A DNA stretch of 64,000 nucleotides, taken from assembly GCA_013239625.1 (NCBI GenBank), contig MU055657.1:8045523-8109522 (forward strand), given 5' to 3'. Both the position numbers and the translations under genes were made by a program. Positions within the stretch are counted from its first letter, which is position 1. Each line of letters begins with the position of its first letter. This document shows positions 11,396 through 24,471 of this stretch, piece after piece. Below the pieces are notes generated by a model. It did not search any database and had not been told where the DNA came from. It saw only the letters and a program-made list of their open reading frames with translations. The stretch is from Lama guanicoe. Its lineage: Eukaryota.

Positions 11396-14300
11396 GGAGA
11401 GCCCAGTTTGTCTCACTACTCAGCTGCCTCATGTTTCTACAGCAGCCTCTTGCCCTTGAGACTTCGGCAGGATCCCCATCAGCCTCCAACATCAGGATCA
11501 TTATCAGTCTCCTTCAATAATCTTCTCAAAGCTCTGCCTCCCAAAAGACTGGGGATAACGCAGAAGAGGGCCTTGCTTTGCCATATTGGGGTAGGAAAAT
11601 GCCACACCATTCCAACATTTTCCAAAGACTAGCCTCTCTACTTTCCAGCTTCAACACCCTCAGGTGTTTGAAGTTGGCTGAAGCTTATAAAATTAGTGGT
11701 CCCCCTGCTACTTTGCAAGTTCTGTGCTGTTGCTCATCCCTGGCACAAGGGCTTTGGCCAAAGTGGAGGTAGAAACTTTTCCATGTTTATAACCACCTCA
11801 TCAACTCATCTTATGAAAACAAGAGCATGAAGCAATTCTACTGCTCATAGTAACATCTTTTCTACACAAGTGATTTTTTTTAAATAATCAGGAACTTAAA
11901 AAAATCAAAATCCTCAAGTTTCCAAAATGTGTCATGTATTTGCTTAGGATACTTAATAATTTTAATATGTATTCAATAACATCTATATTTCTGTCAAACA
12001 GAACATGAAGAGGAAGGAAATTGCAATTGTAAGTTAAATAAAATTGCATCAAGTAATATTAACAGTAAATACATACATGATAATACAAGTTATTTCTATG
12101 CTGTAGCTGGTAATCCACCTTAAGCACTTTTATTAAGCAGACTCTGGCTTCAACAGTACCTTATATCAGCATTTTAAAATTTTAGATATAAACACTAAAC
12201 ATATTTTTTAAACACATAAAATAAAATCTACTTACGTTTGTGGGTGAGTTTCACATCTAATTCAGCAAAGGTGGCGGGAATTTTATGTGTATGAGTGTGT
12301 GTATATAGACACATTAATGCACATATACACATACACACACCTATATATAAAATGAGTAGACTCTACTCTTAATGTATATTGAATGTTTAAGATGTCTTTC
12401 TGAAGTGGCTTTGTGTACTTTTGAAAGTCTTGTTTAATAAGGCATTTAAAAACAAAACAACACATCTGAATAAAATATCCTCTCTTTAAAGTCTAAGTCA
12501 AAGGCTGTACACATGGAAGGCTGAAAAATAACCAGCTTTTAAATTCCGTCCTTTCAACAATACAACTGCACTTTCAAATGTGCTTTGTTGTTTTCTTTTA
12601 ATTCACTAAAATTAATCTTATAGATGTGGATGCCAGATTTGCATTAATTAAAACTCTACTGTAGAAGCCAGGCTTAATTGCAATCAAATTTGCTTAATTA
12701 TGCATGGAGAGAGATTCCCAAACGAGAAAGGTTTTAGTAAGGATTTTGGTTTTTTGCATTGACAAAATAAATTGAAATTGTCATTTTTTGTGTTTTATGT
12801 AACACTTGTAAATAATTTGTGGAGCACCTTAAGTCTTCTATGTAAAGCAATGTTATTGCTTAAGTAATTACAACAATCTGCATTTTTCATTGTTAATTGT
12901 GGGTGTCAGACTCATTAATTTTAATTTACAGACTGTAATGAAATTAAGAAAATTTTATGCTGATCTGCTGAAACTTGTCTTACAGGAAGTTGTTTAATAC
13001 AACTAAACTTTGAAAAAGTCAGGGCTCATTTTTTCAATTTGTATTTTAACCAATACAATCATTTCACAATGGTTTTTCAGTAAAATCTGGCTTCAGTACA
13101 AAAGCAGATTAACTTTATGAATAATTTTGGCTTTCAAAAATCACTTGATGTTTCAAGTACAGCAATGATTAAATTCAAATTTAACTTTGAATTATACCTT
13201 TGGTTAAAGAAAATCTGTAAACATAAGAATTTAATTTCAATTCTATTTCATTTGTTTTCTATGGGGGATTATGTTACTGGGGAGAAAAAAGATAGATGTG
13301 AGCAAAAATCAGTTTAATCATTTTTTGATCAATGGATTATCAGCACACTATTTAACTCACATTTCAATGCTATTTCATTGTTGTCAATAGTTATTTTATC
13401 TCTGATGTCTGCCCTATAGCCATAATTTTAAATACTACATCTGTAATCTCATTCTATTTTTAAATTTGAGTTTAAAACAAAGTAATTCATTTGGAGATTA
13501 GTAAGGTACACATTTTAAATAAAGAAAGTTAATGACAAGGACAAATGCTAACTCTTTTCGATTTTCATGTTAAGATGTTACATTTTGTTCTTGAAGCCTA
13601 TTTCAACTTTAAGTGGTATAATTATTAATATAAAAATAGAATGGAAACAGAAAGTATCTTGCATACTTATTTAGTAGCAAGTCAACTCTTAGGGAAATTA
13701 GCTAAGGAGACTTCACCTCAATTATTATTCATCCAATTAAAAATTCTAAAACAATTACTATAATTCTGCTTAAAACCAAGCATGAAACTTTGGTAGTCAA
13801 ACGCAGAACTGTTCAATGTCTCACGAAGGAAATGACAAAGCAAAGATTATTCCATAATTAAGGCTAAACTTTAATTACAGATCTTTTAAAAATCAAGTTA
13901 TTCTGACATAAAATAAAACATCAAGGGGTCTTGGCAGTGCACCCCTGGATTCACACTCTACAACAAGATATTGGTGGGGGGTCAAAACATTTTCCCTTTA
14001 TTAACTCAATGCAAGATATAATAGACAAGGAATGGATACGGAAGATACCAAATACACAGAGAAATGGGCACCAAGTACCTAAAGGAGTTATCCGCCACAC
14101 ATAAACAGTGAGAAAAAGGACAATGTGGCCCAACATTTAACAAATTGATAGTGAAAATTCAAAAAAGCCCTTTTACATCCAAGACTTTTGTTTGAGGACC
14201 CCTTTTGCATTTTATTTACCCTGATTAAAGCTTCAAAATCTGTTCGTTTTCTATGTCTTCACAAGAACATTTGATCGCTGTTTCATTTTTTTCCAATTTT

Positions 14301-15979
14301 AATTCTAATCAATTTCCATCAGTTCCTGGGGGACTAAGAGATTCTACTTCCCCAAAGAAATTTTTCTATGATTTTATGTGTCTGTCTTTAGGATACCTTA
14401 AAGAACTCCCTTATCGAGAGGTATTTATATCACCCCATGAATAAGTAAGATTTAATAGAAAATTCTATTATTTTCTTAAAGCCCAGGTATAGTTAGTTAC
14501 CAATGCACGAACTGAATTTGCTTTCCGATGCTCCTTGTTCTTTAGAATAATTTTCTCTTAATTATGTGTTTGTCTCCATTCATGCTGAAGTCTTTATTTT
14601 TAATTTGAGCTCTCATTTCTTCACTCTCTTGTCTCCCTTGTCACTCTCTGTTCCTAAGTATTTTCTCCAGCTGTATTTTCACCCCTTTCTGTCACTCTTT
14701 GTTGCCCATTTCCTCTGTTCCATTCTCTGTCCCATTTCATCCTGTCCTCTCTGCCCCTGGTTTCACCCAGGGATGCTATTACGGTGATTGATTTACACAG
14801 TGCAGAACATTCTGTAGTTATCATATTGCTATACAACATACACATCTCATACAACAATAAATCTAAAAATAACTAGCAAAAGGAGACGTTTAAGTTGAGA
14901 GTTAAAAGTGCTAACAGGGTCAACTGGTACAGTCATTGTGTGGATGGTGGTTTCACTACCTTGGAGACAAATGGGTAAGAGCCAGTGGAGCTGGGCACTC
15001 ATGATGAAATCAGTAATAAATCAGACACAGAGTGTAAGCATGAATCAGATTACTGTACTCAAATAGGAGCGAGGCACAGACTTGAAAGGAAAATATGTCA
15101 TTTCCTTCCCTTTCCCACCATCTCACTTCTATCCATCTTTTGTCTCTCACTTGATGCTTGTCTTTCTCATTCCCATCCTTATTTTTAAATTTCCCTGATT
15201 CTGTAATTTTCCAAGGGAGTAAGATTCATACCCTAATCCTGAAATGCTTATGCTTCTTATTAAATGTAATTTGATGTCTGAAGACCACTTTTCAGTTCTC
15301 TAAAGAGTCAAGTGCATAATGATGAATAACATCTGTATATCTTAAGAAATGAAAGGCCATTCACAATTCAGAAATGAACAGACATAACATCCAAAGATAA
15401 TTTGTAATCTTCATATGGCTTCTAATAAGAACACTCTATCACTTGCAGGAAGATGTCGCTTTTTTGTTCTCACCTCTTCTGTTCCTAGACTCATGTGATT
15501 TCAATTGTTCTCCCAATCATTCAGAAACCACCCTCTGCTGGGGTGTAGCCACAAATGCCTCGGTGTTAAACCACTTGTGAGTCACATGAAGCACAGCCTC
15601 AACAATGCAGGAGGAATACTGATTTGTGGGAAACAGTAACACCAGACAGAATGAACTAGCTGTTCTCTTTAATGGGCCATTCACTTAAGGTCAAACCTCA
15701 GGTTAGTTTCAGAGAAGAGACAAAACAATAAGTAGACTTTGCCAACTTCCAGGCTTTTCTTTAAGTACTTAAGATTTTTCTTTTTGTCATGGAGAAATAC
15801 AAACATATGAAAAAGTAAAGAGTAAAATGAATCTCATGTACTTATCACACAGCTTTACCAATTACATTTCCTCTCTCCCCAACCTTTCCCACTGTTAGAT
15901 CTCAGACATAGCATATAATCCACAAATCCCAATGCACCTTTAACCCAGTGTTATTGTCTCTTTGTCTAAAAAGTGGGCT

Positions 15980-16400
15980 ATTCAGATTGAGCAGCGTTGG
16001 TGACCTTAAGTACAGTAAAGCCAGAGTCTGTGTGTTTGGGGAGTGGAATGGGGAGCTGCACTGGTCAAGGGAGAATGAGAAAAGAGAAATTGGAGACAGA
16101 AAACATAGACCACACTTTTTACAGAGTTTTATAGTAAAGGACTTCAGAGAAGTATCTTCAAAATGAAATTGGGGGCCAGAGAAGGTATTTTAATGTGGGG
16201 GAAATTACAGCAATTTGGGATGCTGAAGGAAAAGGTCCCAGAAAAGAGGAAAAGCTCTTGCTACAGAAGAGAGAAGGGAAGGTTGCTGTCTCAGTGTTTT
16301 GGGTAGAAGGGAGTTAACAAGTGGAGGGAGCGGTGTTTTCCAGGAGAATGGAGAGTCCATCCACAGTAACAGGAAAGTGAACAGAATGAAGGGACATGGA
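15980..16400 (-). mobile_element. L2 LINE fragment
   Basis: Purine-rich antisense L2 pattern (TTGGTGACCTT...AAGCCAGA...GGAGACAG...TAGACCACACTTTT). Confidence 0.55.
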
Positions 16401-16787
16401 TCTGGAAGTAGCCATGGTGCTAGGCATCTTTGGAGAAATTTTGTTTGGACTGATTCTGTTGACTCAGTGGAACAGAGAGCAGTGTCATCAGTGGACATGT
16501 AGGAGGGCTTCTCGGAGAGTGGCGCATTGCAGTGTGATAATACCGGGCTGTTGTTATGACTGCGAGGGCAGAGACTGGGATGTGTAGGGAGTGACTACGG
16601 CAAGGTAGAGAGGAAGATCAGGGGGAGAGTCAAAGCCTGAGAGTGAATTGAAACTGCCCTCCTCCCACCTTCACTGGCAACTCTCCTCGGATGATTTGTT
16701 CCCCACCCGGATGCACCCGAACACCTGCACATCAGGACGGTCCTCACAATACGAGGGTGGAGCTCTCATGAATGGGCTTAGTGATTT

Positions 16788-17282
16788 TTTCTTAACATTT
16801 TTTTCTATTGAGTTATAGTCAGTTTACAACATTGTGTCAATTTCCAGTGTAGAGCACAATTTTTCAGTTACACATGAACATACATATATTCATTGTCACA
16901 TTCTTTTTCACTGTGACCTAACACAAGGTCTTGTATATATTTCCCTGTGCTATACAGTATAATTCTGTTTATCTATTCTGCATATGCCTGTCAGTATCTA
17001 CAAATTTCAAACTCCCAGTCTGTCCCTTCCCACCCCACCCCCACCTCTGGCAACCACAAGTTTGTTTTCTATGTCAATGAGTCTGTTTCTGTTTTGTATT
17101 TATGTTTTTTTTTTTTTTTTAGTTTCCACATATGAGCAATCTCATATGGTATTTTTCTTTGTCTTTCTGGCTTACTTCACTTAGAATGACATTCTCCAGG
17201 AACACCCATGTTGCTACAAATGGCATTATGTTGTCATTTTTATGGCTAAATAGTGTTCCATTGTATAAATATACCACATCTT
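16788..17282 (-). mobile_element. Young 5'-truncated L1 3' end
   Basis: Antisense to the same L1 3'UTR seen at 3365-3951. Flanked by CTTAGTG(A/C)TTT repeats. Confidence 0.95.
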
Positions 17283-17290
17283 CTTAGTGC

Positions 17291-17788
17291 TTTTTTTTAA
17301 TTGAAGTATAGTTGATCTACAATGCTGTGTCAATTTCAGGTGTACAGCCTAATGATTCAGTTATACATATGCATATACATATTCTTTTTCAGATTCTTTT
17401 CCATTATAGGTTATTACAAGATATTGAATATAGTTCCCTATACTATGTAGTAAGTCTTTGTTGTTTATCTATTTCATATATAGTAGTGTGTATGTGTTAA
17501 TTCCAAACTCCAAATGTATCCCTCCCCCCTATCCATTTCCTCCTTTGGTACCTATAGTTTGTTTCCTATGTCTGTGAGTCTATTCCCAGTTTGTAAATAA
17601 GTTCATTTGTGTCATTTTTTTTTTAGATTCCACATCTAAGTTATATCATGTGATACTTGTCTTTCTCTGTCTAAGTTACTTCACTTAGTATGATAATCTG
17701 TGGGTCCATCCATGTTGTTGGCAAATGACATTATTTCATTCTTTTTATGGCTGAGTAATATTCCATTGTGTATATATACCACATCTTT
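17291..17788 (-). mobile_element. Older cetartiodactyl-type L1 3' end
   Basis: TTGAAGTATAGTTGATCTACAATGCTGTG...GATTCAGTTATACATAT...TTTTATGGCTGAGTAATATTCCATTG. Confidence 0.95.
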
Positions 17789-17969
17789 ATGGAATTAGTG
17801 CTTTTATCAAAGAGGTCCCAGAGAGCTTTCTAACCCCTTTTAACATGTGAGGACACAGAAAGAAGGCCCTCCCTGTGAATCAAGAAGAGGACTCTCACTC
17901 ATTCATACTAGTGCCTTGCTCTTGGACTTCCCAGCCTCCAGAACTGTGAAAAATAAATCTCTATTGTCC

Positions 17970-18740
17970 AAAGAAAACAGTCTGAAGGCTCCTTAAAAAA
18001 ATAAAAATTTAAGAGGGGAGGATATATTTCAGTGGTAGAGCACATGCTCAGCATACAGGAGGTCCTGGGTTCGATCCCCAGTACCTCTGTTTAATAAATA
18101 AATAAATAAACCAACTTAATTACCTACCCCCCTCAAAAATTGAGTTACTATATGATTCAGCAATCTTAGTCCTCAGCATATATCCAGAAAAGACAAAAAA
18201 TCTAATTCAAAAGGATATATGTGCACCCGAATGTTCATAGCAGCACTATTCACAGTAGCCAAGACATGGAAGCAACCTAAGCACCCAGGAACAGATGAAT
18301 GGATAAAGGTGTGGTATATATACACAATGGAATATTACTTAGCCATAAAAAGAATGAAATAATGCCATTTGCAGCAACATAGATGGGCCTAGATATTATC
18401 ATACTAAGTGAAGTAAGTCAGATAGAGAAAGATAAATCTCATATGCTATCACTTATATGTGGAAACTAAAAAAAATGATACAAATGAACTTATTTACAAA
18501 ACAGAAATAGACTCACAGATATAGAAAAAAAAACTTATGGTTACCAAAGGGGAAAGGGCAGGGAGAAGAATAAATTAGGAGTATGGGATTAATAGATACA
18601 AACAACAAGGATTTACTGGATAGCACATGGAACTATATTTAATATCTTACAATAACTGATAATGGAAAAGAATCTGAAGCTGTACACCTGAAATTCATAC
18701 AATATTGTAAATCAACTATAGTTTAATAAATAAAATTTTA
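17970..18740 (+). mobile_element. L1 3' end interrupted by a SINE
   Basis: ATGTTCATAGCAGCACTATTCACAGTAGCCAAGACATGGAAGCAACC through the 3'UTR to AATAAA. Confidence 0.95.
18015..18135 (+). mobile_element. tRNA-derived SINE (Vic-1-like) nested in L1
   Basis: GGGGAGGATATATTTCAGTGGTAGAGC...GGTTCGATCCCCAGTACCTC, flanked by AAAAATT repeats. Confidence 0.9.
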
Positions 18741-19044
18741 AAATATTCATTGCTTTACCCTGGATGCTCCACCCTTTGTCACCCACTCCTTAGTATATCT
18801 TCACTGTTGAAGTCAAACATGGCCATCCATGAACTTGATTTGACCAATAAAAGGCAAGGAGAAGTGACAACTCTGGTTAAACAGCTCTGGCTTTGGCCAG
18901 ACTCAGTCATGTGTCTACTCTTACCTTTAAGGGAGGCCAATGTCTAGCTGTATGGTAGGGATAAAGAAGAGAACACAAATGTTGGTGAAGCCACCATTCT
19001 CCACTACAAGAATTCATCATCTTTTTGATCCTCTCTCTCCACGT

Positions 19045-19440
19045 GGAGATTATATTGTGTTCAGCGTATTTGCTGTTCCTCCCTGCAACTGACTCCCTTT
19101 GGCATTTCTCCTTGAGGGAAGATTTTACAACTCTGCCCTGTTGAATTTAGGCATGGCTGTGTGTATTGCTTTGGCCAATGAAATATGAGCAGATGTTACA
19201 AGTGTCATTGTAGGAACTAGCATATGGTTCAGTCATCTCTTTTTTCTATCTGCCATGCGATGGACAGTGTCCCATATAAAGTGTCCTCCATCTGCCCAGA
19301 TCCTGGAATACAAAGAGCATAGAGCAGAGCTACAGGCAGCCCACCACGGACAAGCTGTATGAGTTAGAAACTGACCTTCGGAAGCTGTAAATCACTCAGA
19401 TGTTGGGATCTTCTGTTAGCACAACATCAGCTAAGAAATA
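19045..19440 (+). mobile_element. Old MaLR LTR (MLT1H/I/J-like)
   Basis: GGCATGGCTGTGTGTATTGCTTTGGCCAATGAAATATGAGCAGA...GTAAATCACTCAGATGTTGGGATC. Confidence 0.75.
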
Positions 19441-19769
19441 CACTCCATCGTTTCTCAGAGTTTATTAATGATAAGTCCACAAGCCAGAGATGATCTAAAC
19501 TTAAAGAAAATATCTGGGGATTCTCTTACAATCTTCCCATCTCATTCACAAGTCCCAGATTCCAGATGTGCCTTTACCTTCCCAGATGTCTCCCATTGTT
19601 CTTTATTTAAAATTTTGCTTTTTCTTTGTTTCCTTAACCTAATTCTTCTCTTTCTTTGTCCAAGTCACTAAGAATGAGCTCTCTGAGCACTTAAGCAGAA
19701 TTGGAAACTCAAATTTACAAATCTGTCATTTCTGTTATCTGGAATCATTTAAATATGTTAATACCGATT

Positions 19770-20186
19770 CAATGGTGTGCTGAAGCTGGCTCCTATCAAC
19801 TCACAGTTTTGACGGTTAATTTTTCAGGGATTTTGAGAGCCATTGTTAAGCATAGCCTTATGAAAAATTAAATTACATACATTCCACAATTAAGTAAATT
19901 ATATTTAAAACAAAGGTAATAAATAATCAAAATTCATCACTTTCTAATAATTTTACTAGATCTGACTCTTCTCAATTCTCTTCATGTTATTTCTCCCTTC
20001 TGTCTGTATAGTGGAAATAGTTTATAATGATGTGCTACCTTGCCTCTCTTTCAAATTCTGCATTTAGTGATTTCATGTTGTAGCATGAAATCAAGCAAAG
20101 TTGGAGTACTTATATCACTAAAATAAGCATACTTTAAAAATCAGAGTTTTGAGGGTTTTTTTTTAACTTTTACCAGCATCTCATTG
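19770..20186 (+). mobile_element. hAT-Blackjack MITE, MER63-like
   Basis: Imperfect terminal inverted repeats CAATGGTGTGCTG / CAGCATCTCATTG, with internal AAAAATTAAATTACATAC...AAAACAAAGGTAAT. Confidence 0.8.
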
Positions 20187-21022
20187 TATATACTCCTTCT
20201 AAAATCACTATAAAAATTGTATAAATATGAAGTCTAAAACTAAGCAAGGCTTGAAGGGGTTTTAGAGAAATATATCCTTTTAGTTTTGAAGAGACACTTT
20301 CTACATCTTCAGTAAAGACATTTGTGGAATATCCATTTTCTCCTTCAAAAACAGGTCTGACTTTATGCGAACATTCTGATATAAGAACTAAACAATGTGA
20401 ATTAGATGTAAGTCTGTTAGAACTAATTCACAGCTCAAGAAAAGAGATCAGCAGAAAATAAAAGGAGATAAAATTTGGTAGGCTAAAGAGATGATTGAAT
20501 TTTCTAACAGGGTTAATTCACTTGTAATAATGAAGATCTGGACTATTGAAGAGGAAACAAGCTCTTACTATACAGAAAAGTGTTTACATTTCATGTGTCT
20601 GTTGCTGTGATTTCAATCTTTGTGTGAAAAAAACTAAAGCTTTCATAGGTTAATCATCTTGCTTATCTTCTTATTCTGGCTAATTAGTAATTATAAATTA
20701 CCTATTTTAAAACAGGATCTAGGACACAATGAGAATTTCCAAAAAGTTAAATCAAGCTGGGCTGAATGCCCAGAAAAATTAAAAATTTACTTTAACGCTC
20801 CTGGGATTTCTATGAATTTCTATGTATCTATGATTGACTTTATTAGACATAGCTAACTGAAAAGAAAAGATAAAATATCTAGAAATTAAACCTCAACCAA
20901 TGTTAGTCAGAGATAAGAAAGCATTTTTTTAATCAAAATTCAACAGACAGAAAAAGTCTATCAAGGAACTTAATTCAAGGTTTGTTTTGAAAGAAATGTA
21001 AGGGGTTCCACTTGCCTGCATT

Positions 21023-21254
21023 TTTTTCCTTCCAGTTTTATTGAGATGTAATTGACATTGAGCACTGCATAAGTTTAAGGTATGCAGCAATAATTATTTG
21101 ACTTACATACATCATGAAATGATTATCACAGTAAGTTTAGTGAACATGATCATCTCATATAAATACAAAATTTCAAAAATAGAAAAAAGTTTTCCTTGTG
21201 ATGAGAACTCTTAGGATTAATTCTCGTAACAACTTTTATATATAACATAGGGCT
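21023..21254 (-). mobile_element. Short L1 3' end (L1MA9-like)
   Basis: TTTATTGAGATGTAATTGACA...TTCCTTGTGATGAGAACTCTTAGGAT. 13-bp TSD ACTTGCCTGCATT at 21010-21022 and 21255-21267. Confidence 0.9.
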
Positions 21255-21887
21255 ACTTGCCTGCATTGAAAATGAATACCTAGGGACAGAAAACTCACTT
21301 CCTAAAATCCAATACTAAGAAATAAACTTATTAATGGAGTCATGGGTAGAAAGGGTTGGGAGGAAGCAAAGATAGGAGTTAAATGATAAAAGTAAAGAGA
21401 CAAGTAGATGGGGACAGGCACACAAAGCAGAGAAGAGAGAGAGGGTAAGGGGGAAAATACAGTTTAGAATATATTCTGAGGACTATTCCTAGGCTGTGAG
21501 CATCACAGCAGTTTGTCTTGTTGCCCTGTGAGTAATTTGACCAATCACTATTTCCAGCTGCCTAAGTCTACAACTTCCTAAAAGCCATCTTTGTTTTTTT
21601 TTTCATTGTGCCTAGCATAGTGCTCAACTGTCAGTGATATCCCATAATTTGTCACATAATGAATTAATATCTATCCTGGAAACATCAGAAGCTCTGCTCT
21701 GAGTGGACCAAACCAGAAGAGGCAAACCAGTGAGAACATGTACCCTAGAATTATCGATGACCACAGCAGTGCATCCAGATTAGACTGTGGCTGAAAGAAA
21801 TTCTACCCCAAAGAGAATCAGCTGAAGGGTAGGTAGCTCACCTTGGTCTGGGGATGAAAAGGGTTCCAATGCTCATGATAACTGCAC

Positions 21888-22345
21888 TGTGTAGTGTGGC
21901 CATTGTAATATAGTTGTGTTTTTGTTTTTAATGTTGCCCTGACCAGTTCTGAGGCTGTGGCTGGAGGATGGTCAGCTTCCCTTTTGAGGAGCTGATACGA
22001 GTCCACACCACAAGCATTTCTAGTGTGGGACTCTCACATTCCATGACCACTAATTGCTTTAATCACCAGGTACCCAACAACTAGACAGAGCTCCTACACT
22101 TTGGAGCCTACAAAATTATTCAAGTTAGCCAATCCACAGGGGACCAGAAACAGGGAACACTTAAGCTGCCTCCTACAGCCCCTGCTTGCTCTGACCCTGC
22201 CCCCAGATACAGCTCCCTGTGTGTCCCTACCCAGCCTTCTCTCATTTGGAGCTGAAAGCAACAAAAAGTTATGTCTTACATCAAGCCAAATGTCTTGGTG
22301 TTATATCTTGCCATCAAAAGAATCTTTAAAACTTATAGAATAATT
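21888..22345 (+). mobile_element. ERVL-class solo LTR (MER74-like group)
   Basis: TG start, CTGACCAGTTCTGAGGCTGTGGCTGGAGG and AAAATTATTCAAGTTAGCCAATCC. Confidence 0.65.
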
Positions 22346-24384
22346 GTCACATTTATATAGAAAAAGATTAAGATAAAAGAAGGAACCTAACCAATAACAA
22401 TTATATAATACATATTTTTATTAATATTTTTACTAATATATTTTTATCAACATATTTACCAATATAAAATAATTTAAACCTTGATAACAGAAGGAATTAA
22501 GAAAAGGCTCAACAAGCCACATTGGTTGACACTGCCTCTCAGTGCCATTCTCTCCTCGTGGCCACCAATCAGAAGAGAGGAGCTCGAGAGGGAAGAACTG
22601 AAAAATCACAAAAGGAAGCAGAGTATCAGGAAATGGTCCAGCACTCCTAAGGTTGTGACTATGGTCTCTGCATTTTATCTCCCCAAATCCATCTGAATCT
22701 TCTAAGATTTTGAGGATCAAAGAAGCATTTTGGTCTATTCTAAGAGCTCGAGGTAGGTAAACACGATCGATGGGGAAGGAACCCCACTATTATAAAAAAC
22801 TAAAAATCCACTAATCTCCCTAATCTATGTTTCTCATCTGTAAAACCAGGATAATTGTCCCTAAGTCATTAGATGAACAGAGATGAAAAATGTAGAGCAG
22901 TTAGTCTAGTTCTTGAAACAGTAACTTTTCATTCATGGTAGCTGTGTCTCAAAATTAAAATTCTGCCATGCAATGGTGCTTAACACTTCAAGTTATCTTT
23001 CATATCTACATTTTCCATTTGTAGGCCCATGTCTCTTATCCTGTGGAACCCTTTTTTATCTCATCAAGCAGTATATCATTTACTTGATGTCTCTTCCCAT
23101 CTGATCACTCTACCGATGACTTTCCAGTATGTTGTTAGGGAACTACTCATTCCAGCTGCTTCAGGTTCAGAGTCCTCTTCCTCCCTTTCAAGGTTTCAGC
23201 TTCCTACTTCCTTTCGCCATCAATTTCCTTAGCTGTACATCTACCCAGTTGTTCCCAGTCACTGAAACAAGCTTCGACTAATCTGAACAACCTAGCTCCT
23301 GCTCCCTTGGTGCCGTGAACGTGCCATTCTTAGTCTCGCCGTGATGCTCCTGTTCTGCAGTGCCTTCCCAGAATGCTCTACTAAGAAAAAATATTCAGTT
23401 TTCCAGGCCAAGTTTAACTACCTGTTTTGCATAAGACTTTCTTTTTTCTCTTCAAGGTTATCTCCACTTGTCTCCACTTCTCCCTGCCTTCTCTGCCCTT
23501 GTATCATGTTTTGTTGATACTATAAAGTCTGGAAACTGATTTTAGACCCCTAAGAAAATTATAAACATTATTAAGGCCAAAATTGCACCATTCTTTTTTT
23601 TTTTGATGGCTTAGCATATGGCACTAAAGGTGTTCCTAAAAATTTATTGCCCCAAAATAACACCCCTAAAATGAAAGCTGGCATTTCTGGAAGATTTTCT
23701 TTGTGTCTGGCATGTGCCCTTTATGTGTAGTCATTGCCCAAAAGAGCTGTTGTGATGGTTATGAATGATTCTCACTTCCCAGGTGAGGAATCTGCAGTGT
23801 AGCAACATTGAGTCCCGGGCCCAAGGCTGCAGTGTCAGTCAGCCAGGCTACAGCTGTTTCCTTGGAGGCTCCTCCAACATTGGTCTTTTCTTCTCTGCCT
23901 TGAAGAGTCCAACTTCATTCCTATCCCAGAGGTCTCAGACCCTTGGTTCCTCCATATCCTCACATCATTGCCTCATGCTTGTGGCTAAGGTCTCAAATCC
24001 ACTGTTATCTCCCCAAAGAGACCTTCCCAGACCACCTGAGCCACAGTGGTCCCCAATAGTCCCCACCATATCATCCTGTTAAATCTTCTTCATAACAGTA
24101 ATAAAGGTCCCAAATTATCCGTTATTATCTATTAATTACAAATAAAACAAACCCCTGCCATCCCAGAGTTCTAAACATTACACTTAAGCTACTCAAAATT
24201 TCGCCCTCTGTCTTCAAGGCATGCTTCTTAAAATTATAAGCCAATGTCAAAGAAGTAGTTAATATCTATTTTTAATCCAAAAAAAGTATTAATTTTTAAA
24301 TTAATCATTTTTGTTCTATTTGCCTTCTAATAATACTTTCCCCATTGCAGTCAAAATAAACAATAAAATTCTTGAAATTATAAA

Positions 24385-24471
24385 AATTATGAGCCATGTG
24401 AATTCTCTGTCTTTGTAGCTATAAAATGGTATAGCTATAATATTGGCAATTTCATATCGTTCAGCCAAATA
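24385..24471. mobile_element. MADE2-like mariner MITE
   Basis: Right end ATATTGGCAATTTCATATCGTTCAGCCAAATA, with a degenerate left inverted repeat TGAGCCATGTGAATT. Confidence 0.7.

Larger units (their letters stand above)
16752..17967 (+). mobile_element. MaLR LTR (MLT1A/MST-like) split by two L1 insertions
   Basis: GAGGGTGGAGCTCTCATGAATGGGCTTAGTG resumes as ATTAGTGCTTTTATCAAAGAGG...TTGGACTTCCCAGCCTCCAGAACTGTGAAAAATAAAT. Confidence 0.88.
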
